DNA of 64,000 nucleotides from Ruditapes philippinarum (Eukaryota): NCBI RefSeq assembly GCF_026571515.1, contig NW_026856121.1, positions 186,001 to 250,000 of the forward strand, read 5' to 3'. Shown piece by piece: positions 55,156 to 64,000 of this stretch (position 1 is its first letter; each line of letters starts with the position of its first letter). The notes under the pieces were generated by a model. It saw only the letters and a program-made list of their open reading frames with translations, ran no database searches and was not told where the DNA came from. The position numbers and the translations under genes were made by a program.

Positions 55156-55296
55156 CTAACGATAGATCAAACACGTACCACCAACAAGTCCACCACAATG
55201 TGGAGGACATCTACAATATGGCGGACGGCAGCTACAAGTTGACATCGCGACCAAAAGTCCAAGAGAGAAGAACGCTATTAATACTCTTTTGTTCAT
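55156..55296 (-). CDS. 46-aa secreted cysteine-rich peptide precursor (candidate defence peptide)
   Basis: MNKRVLIAFFSLGLLVAMST-CSCRPPYCRCPPHCGGLVGGTCLIYR*. A splice acceptor TTCTATAG lies 10 nt upstream of the ATG; candidate 5'UTR exon donor at ~56231 and TATAAA at ~56315; AATAAA at ~54976-54981 (minus). Confidence 0.7.
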   Translation of the reverse strand: MNKRVLIAFFSLGLLVAMSTCSCRPPYCRCPPHCGGLVGGTCLIYR

Positions 55297-57207
55297 CTTT
55301 AAATTCCTATAGAATAGAATGTAAAAAACAGTTATGCTATATATTATATGTAACGCACCTGCTATACATGTTTTCATCTTCATACATTTGTTAGCTGATG
55401 TATCATCGAATATCAAAATATATTGCACAGCGATTATGTTTTTTCTCAATTATGCAACTAATCTTTGACAATGGATCTTTGAAAGGGTAAAAAATGTTGA
55501 AATGGGTCAGATACTCTAACAAACGAACTGTTTCGTTGTGATGAAAGCAAGGGATATTATATTGCGTTCGCTTATTGGCATGCCGAGACCAATCTAACTT
55601 TGATTTACCAAATTTAAGTAATAACTTGATAAAATCTAAAAACATCATTATATTTGTAGAGTGGAACAATGACTGACTTTTTTTTGTTTGCAGGGGCATC
55701 AAGCTGAAAGGTGTCCGTTTTAAACATTTTGTTTATGAAATTGAACGTCCTTTTGCTGTCCTCCTCCTTAAGTCCTTTGCATAACGTAGAAATTAAGTTA
55801 AATGTGCTTGCAGAGAAACTACAGTTACAGTAATGTAACGTATATTCTTTCAGGGTAGTTCTATAAAGTTTGATAATTTATATGCAATTGTAAACTCTTG
55901 AGCATTTCTTCAATAATCTATCAAGATATGACATTATCATAATATTAGTTAAACACCTAAAAAACATTCAATTCAAATTAGTTATGTATTCATGAATATT
56001 TGCATATAAATTGTATGATTATTTGCCGTAACTTTCAGTGTTCTTCAGCGGTTTTATTAAAACATACAAATAGGTATAATTAGGTATGTGTTAGCAAAAC
56101 TAGAAAAATGTTCCGTATACAACTCTCCTCTATGGTATAATTTGTTGTCATGTGAGTTAACAATGTAGATTTTTTAATTTCAATTAATATCAGACATTAA
56201 TAAATATCTAAAATGTATCAAATAGCGTTACCTTCAGTGTTATCTAGTTATTCCTGTGTTTGTATTGCACTTTCAAAATAGAAAAAATCTATCTTAAAAA
56301 ACGCTTTAAACTTTATACACTTCGTTGTTGTGCATACATCGTGCATATGTAACAAATTCCTCAAATTTATATGGGATAAAAGTTTTGGTTGTATGTAGTA
56401 GATGAAAGTCGAAAACTGCCCAATATGTAAAATATTGATTTCATGAGTCTCGTAGCGCCTTATGAAATTCAATATTTTACTTATCGGTCAGTTTGAGGCT
56501 TATATCTTACTTAAATAACTACTTTTGCTATCAAATATCATGTTATCTATCAAAGCATTAGAAATAATGCATTTTTGTGCTAGAAATTATCTTTTTACTT
56601 GCAAATACCCTATAGGTAGCCTCTTGAATAATGAGATGTCCGTATCATGAAATTTTCGTGTTTTGAAATATGACCAATAATATACATGAACATAAAGATT
56701 TACACAAATTATACCAGTTACAAAAAATGGTGGACTTACACGCATCCAGTATACATCAATTTAAAATGGGGATTTTTACCAAAAAAAGTAAAATAAAAAG
56801 TTTTCAAATTTGTGGTAAATCTCTGATAGTTTGAATGGTTGACTGAGACAATTAATGGCCTTTAATGAGGATTTATACTGATTATTCAGTGTAAAATGAT
56901 ATTTTGTGAGACTTTATTTTACTTGACATGCTTCCCACAACTATCACCAGATCACGCATGTAAATTGTGTTTTTGTGATTTTTTTTTATATTTACGCAAC
57001 AAAATCATACTTTCTAATTTTTGATTTAATATTTGTCATACCACAAGAGTTCGAAATGTTTCTATGTAAAAGTCAAAATATATGTAGACAAATATAAACG
57101 CTTTTGTTTATTTATTTTCTCTGTTACGTTTATTTGAAAAGTTGAACAAACTGAAACATCACGTACATACAATCAGGTATGATTGTAAACTAAATGTATG
57201 TACATGT

Positions 57208-58299
57208 ATTAAAATCTGGAAACAAAATGATCCCTCGGAAGCATTAATCACAACAAAATTACAAGAGAATTGCAGATTCGGTTTGATTGAGTCTGTACAT
57301 GAGGGATAATGAATACGTGCAGCATCCCTCACGCCCCTTAGCACCGGCTATTAAAACGAGAAAAAAAGGGATAGTTAGGCAAGAAATTAAACCATTTAAA
57401 CAATGCCATCACAATCATATCCTTACAGACGCCCCGCTTTCTTTAACTGGTATGATTATTAAGAGCTTGGAATTGAAAGCCAGTAGTCTGTGAAATAAGC
57501 AAATAATTCATCGGTTATAGCATTTCTGTGCCACAGATAACAATCATTGTTCTTTTTTGTAACATTCTGTAAAATGCGTAATTGGCGGGGGAAAGGCGTT
57601 GCGTTCATCGTATTTACTTTTGATAGAAGAGCTGACATTTTACTTATGTTAAATATTTCAAAATTCCAAAGTCCTTTGGTCATACAAGTTCTTTCGCTAC
57701 ACAACACGGTTTCTAATATTACTTTGTTACACGACTAATATTGGACATACACAATAATATTGGACACCTACCTGTACTGTATTAAAATCAGTACGGACAG
57801 AACAAAGGAATGACGTCATAGTAGTAATTTAATTATTGGTATGTTGATAACATAAACTTATATCACCACCCATAAGGTAAGCCACTATTTTCATAGTTAA
57901 GGTGGGTCAGGTGCTGATCCAGTTCTGGCTACCAAAACATTAATTGCCGCTTTCTAATATTTTTTGTGATCATCTGTTGCAGGCAGGTCCGGTATGAAGG
58001 CTTAAGATTGAATATTCAAATGTCACTTTGTGCAATGGAACCGAACCCTTTTTATAACTTTCTCCTATCCGGCGGGGCATTTTGCAGTTTATAGCTGTTT
58101 CTAATAAATACTTATTTTCCTCTTTAGAATTTTAAATTTTAGAGGTTTCAAGTATCATTAAAATTCTGGAAACAAAGTGATCCCTCGGACGCATTAATCA
58201 CAACTAAATTACATAAGAATTGCAGACTCGGTTTGATTGAGTCTGTACATGAGGAATAATGATTAAGTGCAACATCCCTCACGCCCCCTAGCACCGGCT
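57208..58299 (+). repeat. Two direct copies (~140 bp) of the hairpin-forming repeat family, ~950 bp apart
   Basis: GGAAACAAA..GATCCCTCGGA...GCAGA(T/C)TCGGTTTGATTGAGTCTGTACATGAGG...ATCCCTCACGCCCC(T/C)TAGCACCGGCT at 57208-57349 and 58157-58299. Confidence 0.85.
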
Positions 58300-58854
58300 T
58301 GAGCGGTACTTAATTCTCATCACTTAATACTGCTGGCATCAATGACCCCGAAGGACCAGAAAATATAACAACACTGAAGTTTATCCTTTCAACTTGATGT
58401 ATAAACAACATTATTTTCCTTGTCGACCTTTGTCTTCTTCTTATTCATTTGCAAACAAATTAAATTAATATCATTATATTCATCAATCAATTAATTGTAT
58501 CTACATGGTTATGAAAATTCTTACAAGTATCAATAAACAAACTGACAATTATTGAAACATGGTAAAATGGCACCATCCATTTACCACCTTGTGGCATAAG
58601 TAACTGAGATATGTTTATTTTATACAATGGAAGAAATAATACCAGTGGAATTCAAAGTAGTAAATTTCCAGTCTAAAACAGGCATTGACAAAATTTGCAG
58701 AAGTTGTAGGAGAACATTACTGTCTCGGGAACGAACACTGCCTTATAACCCGGGTGAAATGCACTGGTGTATGTTTGTACTTTTTCTCTTATCAGAAGTA
58801 TACGGAAGAGCAGATCATCTTATGACTGCTAAGGCTGTAACGCTCCCCAAGTTA

Positions 58855-59405
58855 CTTAGGTGGGCGTGGACGGAAGTTTGCTACTTGACAGTACGCGTCA
58901 TGATGAATACGGCTCTCTCCAATGGTAATACGACGCCTGCAACACTTAATGCTGTTGATATGCAGGCTTCATAACGTCTGTATCCCGTTTCAAAATTCCG
59001 GTTTTGTTTAGGGTTCCGCCCATTGTTTGCTCGATTTTAGGACACACGCTAATTGTGATTTCTTGTGGGGACCATACTGCCGCGCTTCTTCATGTGGAAT
59101 GGCACGACTGTGTCCACATGGAGGTGTCCATTGGATAACCGGCTCGCTCTATGTCTGATACACATCTAGACGGATGTTTTCTAGATTATTCCGAAATGAT
59201 TTAATCATGTTATGTTTTATACATAGTTGAAAATTCTGCGGCATATATCCGGTGCATTCGGGGGTGCGTGTACGGTAGTTTCACTCTGCACCAGTACCGA
59301 CCTCCAACAGATTAACAGGGCTCAATCATACCCGAGCAGGCTGCATCTATTTTAATCAATATTATGCTCCGTTTTGTGGACGTTTCTTAAGGGGTTCTTA
59401 TTTTA
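58855..59405 (-). mobile_element. Inverted, indel-rich copy of the 11516-12222 element
   Basis: GATATGCAGGCTTCATAAC, TTTCAAAATTCC, GTTCCGCCCATTGTTT, GGGGACCATA and GGAATGGCAC match the reverse complement of 11695-11890 in order. Confidence 0.75.
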
Positions 59406-61581
59406 TCTATTAATTTTAGCTTAGTAATGTTAACTACACAAAAGTCATCATATTGTATCTGAATCTCAGTCCGTCCTACAGCTGGCTCTACTTTCAAACA
59501 TATTCCAGGCCAAAATTGTCAGATGTTCCTACGTCTTGGGTCCTGAAACATATTCTAAATGTATATTACTACCTGGCCAATAGGCGTAAGTGATCAGTAG
59601 TACCTCACTCATACAAGTTTACTTGAATTATTTTAGTTAAAGCTTGGGGAGAATTGTGACATGGCATTAACATCCGACCACATCTAACTATCCAATTTTT
59701 CATGAGACTTATTGTCCTTGATTGGATTCAAATAGACGTAATGTATTGTACCTAGCCCTTAAGATAATTTTTATGTAGGAAATTAATTGCCATATCTTAA
59801 AAAGACTTGACTCATGTGAGTCATCTAATTATTATTGGTTACTGTATGCAACCATCCGTAATTACAAATGACTAAATCTAGCTTCTGAGGAATTCTTGTC
59901 CTAACATAGTCGTCATAATACAATTGTGCTGTGACTTTTTTTCTATGCATTTTGTTTCAATGTTGATTTTACTCCGTATCACCTATTTTGAAAATAAAAT
60001 AACGGAAGCAACTTGATAGGCTCTTATTATTAATTAAGGCATACTCAAATCATGCAACTGTTCATTTAGGCATGCGTAAAGATGTTCTCTATTTGATTTT
60101 CTTCGAATAAAAATACAAACCGAAATGATTGAGCAAAGCACGATGCTATGTCGTAGGGCTCACTACATAAAACGGGTTCAATGAAATGATTATGGCAGTA
60201 TCTTTCATATATGTAATTTGAAACGGGCAGATACCTGCCGATATATAAATAGGTAAGCTCAGAATTACTTCTACTCTTCAATTAACAGAGTCAAACAAAG
60301 CTATTTCAACTAAACCAACGAAAATGGCCCAACCTCATTGAAGAATAGATTGAGACAAGAATACTATTTAATTAGTAGTCCAATATATCTATGTTGATAA
60401 AGAAACATATTTTAACAAAAATTTTCGTTAAAAGACTTGACCGTCAAAATTTTTTCTTAATGCAAATAACGAACTCTCTGTGTATCCCTATGTTGAAATT
60501 ATTAGAATCACGTTATATTGTCTCGCAAATATGTAAAATATATTACACTACTTTAGTATCTATATTTACATTTATGTATTATTTTCCTTTAAGAGGATAT
60601 TTTAATCCTTACCCCACATAGGTTGAGCTTTGCATAGAATATCTAAACTGGTTCTCTATTTATTTAATGTTGTATCCCAAGAATTAAGCATTTTTAAGCA
60701 GAAACCAAATTTTCGGAATATACATCCAATCCCGGGGTACCAAATTTGGCACGTTTGTGATTATTATATTTTTTGTCAGATAAGGGGTGAAAAACCAAAA
60801 CGATATACACCACTAGTTCTGAAAAAAACCAATAAGTTTTGCGCTTTTAAAATTTGAATATGAATTGAGGTTACACCTATAATAAGATACTCTAACACAT
60901 GTTACCTAAGAGGTAAATAGATACAAAATTACAAGAAACTAGTTGCAGGAATAGTCAATAAGTATTATACTCTATATTCATATAACATTGCTTTTAAATA
61001 AAGGTAAGTGAGGAGTTTTCAAATAAAATCTGATTATCTAAATAATTTAAGTATGGAAACGATTAATAAGGGACACTTAAACTTGAACTTCCCTGAACAG
61101 AGGTACTATGATTAATTCTATTCAATAGACTGTAAACAATTAGTGCCTACAATAAATATTATATGTTAAATATATAACAACTTTTTAAGAAAATGTGTGT
61201 GATCTCGCTTGCAAACTTAATCACAATCAATTGAATTGAGTTATTGAACAAACTATGAGAAGGAATTCAACAGTTGATTATTCAGGCATTCAGTGAAGCG
61301 AAAAGCTCAGAATTATATAAATTTCTGAAGGGGTATTTCATTTCTTTTACACCAATGTTTCTAACATCTTGTAAAATGAAAATAATATTGTAATGATGTT
61401 GACTATTGAACAGTTTCATAAGAGACTATATAAAATATAGAAAAAGTATATATACATATATATATAATGCTCATGATATTTTCTGCATCAGACTTCTTGG
61501 TATGGGCGTTAATTGTTACGAGTAAAAATCATTCTGTCGGCAATAGATTAAAATGATATAATCCAGTTCATCGTATACACA

Positions 61582-61870
61582 TCAACATGACTGATCTATA
61601 TCGTCAATCATGCCAACAATACGATTTCTTAAATTCATGCATTGCGTCACATAGAACAGGTGTACAGCCCGTCTATCGGCGAAACATCCAAAACTCTCTC
61701 TCCTGCTATGAGCGATCACTTGATTGGAACAAAAGATACACCATCTTAAAATGCCAATAATGCAGCAATTATAGGGCACACATTCTAAATCGACATACTC
61801 ATGAGCGTCACCACCTCTTTGCACGTGCAATCACCATCGCTCAACTATCTCAGTGTGTATTTCCTACTTG
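61582..61870 (-). pseudogene. Possible macin-like (mytimacin/neuromacin) antimicrobial peptide exon, degenerate or mis-sequenced
   Basis: Cys-rich frame with GDC..., GILRW...CSNQ...RESFGC...YVTQC, loosely collinear with the macin pattern GILW.SCN.RC..G..GG.C...YQC.C. Confidence 0.2.
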
Positions 61871-64000
61871 AATTATTCATAAGCAATTAGTGCGAATCTA
61901 TTATTATCATTATATATGAAGAGAGAAAGTGTTTCATTGCTTTGTAATTCTACTAACACAAGATGTGACGTTGGATCATCTGTGAGTTGACCTGCTAAGA
62001 TAAGTGGAAAATGTCTATAATTATCAATTGTTCATGTTTAGTAATGACATTTACTAGACACTTTTGAAATACTAGCATCGATTCTGCAACTCGTCGCTTT
62101 TCACTGACTAAGTCGTGACGTATTTTATTTAGTTTTTTTATAATACCTCGCAACCATTTTTAAACAGTCACTTATTCATTGATAATTCGTTCGGACGTTT
62201 ATTATAGTTTTATATACATGTACACGGCTGCTGTCGAACTCATGAAAAATTACTTACTTTATTTCTTTAAAAAATAATGCTTGCTGATATATTATAACTT
62301 AGTTATTAAATTTTGTACAGGTTATATGGCCGTTATGAAAACGGCTGTTTTGCAAAAAACCGCTGCGGTCTTTAGCGACTTGACAAATATGGTACAATTA
62401 TGTCCTGTATTTTCACTGTTTAATATAGTATTTTAATTTTTGTTTCTGGAGTGAATTATGATAGAGCCTATATAACCTAGTTCAGAATATTATATATATC
62501 AAACCCGAGGCCGATGTTATTCAGTGCGAGATTTTGTGACTATTTTTATCTTGGCATAGGTAGACTGTGATATCCACATCAGTATCACTCTCAAAACAAA
62601 GTAATAATTATATACAAGATTACCATTCCTACGCCGAGTTAGACAATAGGTTCTAACAGAAATCAATTGCTGTTTTAAATGAAATGTCGAAAAAGAGTCC
62701 CTCTAGAGGTACTACCTTCGCACGACACGAGAGAGGAAACAATTAGACGTCACAATTACAAAACTCACTTGATAGTTATTCTTCGCGGCGTACCTAACGA
62801 ATGGTAAACAAGAGTTAACAGTGCAGTCAGAGTCTACTATAAGAAACGCCAACCTTTTTCTCAATAAATATCAAGCTTTCACAAGGTCATATTTGTTTCG
62901 ATACTCGATTGTAATATATGTTATCTAATTTTAACTCTACTTGGTGTTAAATATTTTGTCATTTGACAGTCTCAAAGGCTTGGAGTAAATCGAGTAAATT
63001 TTACAACCGTGAGCGTCAAAATCGACCTCGTGATGCGCATCACACTCTCTAGCACAGTTTTAACAAACGAAAGAGCGTACCCCAACGGGGAAATTTAATG
63101 TGTGTATATACCCGTCTGGCTCGGTATATATCAATTTCTTCAGGTTTATTGATCCATTATCCAATTCAACAAAGGCGCGTAAAAAAAAACATGGTCAATT
63201 GGGATATTATAGTTGGTTCATTACTAATTCGTCAACAGATCTTATTATAACTAAAATATTAATTATCCCTTTCCCAGAATTTTTCCGCCTTTTTGATTAC
63301 TGATATTGATCACTCCGTAAAAGAGAATGATATATGTTATTATAATCCTGAGCCAAGACGCGTGTTATATATACACTAATTTACCCGATTGGTACCGCGA
63401 CGTTGCTAAACAAACTTAGTGACGCCGAGGTAGATAATGCGTATGTACTGGCTATTCGACTTTTACAACACGAGGAGATCTGAGCGTAATAAACTCCCCG
63501 AGCTTAAAAGCCAACCCTTAATTCAACGTGTCAAAAAATTGATCATTATTTATCGCAAGTAGAGTCATGATACATTATCATTACCATTACAGTTATTTCA
63601 AAAAACAATATATGTTACACTTTTGCTGGAGAAAGCTTGATCTATTGAAATTACAAAAAAAGTGCGATTATATTAAAATTAAACTTTTTTAAAAAACGTT
63701 CAATAAGAAACTACTTCCTTCTCTTGTTTTTTTTACTTTCGTAATTGTTCGAGCGGAAACATACCGGTCATGTATTACTGTGACGTGCGAGTGTTTGACG
63801 AAGAGTATACCGTGAAAGGGGTAATACTTATCACCGTTTCATCTGAAAACTAATGCCAGGATGAATTATATTTATGTAACAAGTTTTTTAAAAAATCGAG
63901 TCGTAAACTCGACAAAGGAAGAGAAGGAAATATATAGATTAACTATTTATAGAGTATTTGCATGTGATATAATGGGATTATTTAATTATCTGCCAAAGAT

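Noticed and set aside
58627-58974. 115-aa ORF
   Set aside because: Overlaps a degenerate repeat copy; no recognisable domain.
1-64000. Most remaining 60-120 aa ORFs in the track
   Set aside because: AT-rich low-complexity translations, antisense shadows of real exons or repeat-derived frames; no prokaryotic operon or defence system is present.

Overview
AT-rich eukaryotic (animal) genomic DNA with spliceosomal GT-AG introns. The gene and repeat families point to a bivalve mollusc (inference). The window is an innate-immunity-type gene neighbourhood in repeat-rich DNA. I could assemble five multi-exon genes by hand with phase-consistent splice sites: one HEPN(DZIP3-like)/TRADD-N-like/NHL-type beta-propeller gene and four secreted C-type lectins (PAN-CTL, two perlucin-like paralogs, coiled-coil-CTL). 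There is also a 46-aa secreted six-cysteine peptide gene, plus probable decayed IL-17-like, macin-like and PAN-like remnants. Mobile DNA includes a decayed pogo-type DD35D transposon carrying a hidden OTU-like cysteine-protease domain, two CR1/L2-type LINE remnants (one with a DVELNPGP 2A motif), a solo LTR with a 4-bp target-site duplication, tRNA-derived SINEs, a HINE-like element, a 40-bp minisatellite, palindromic MITE-like elements, and a dispersed ~140-bp element whose two stems show compensatory changes. Sequence after ~58.6 kb looks insertion-noisy and may be unpolished. All domain calls are by eye; no database searches were run.
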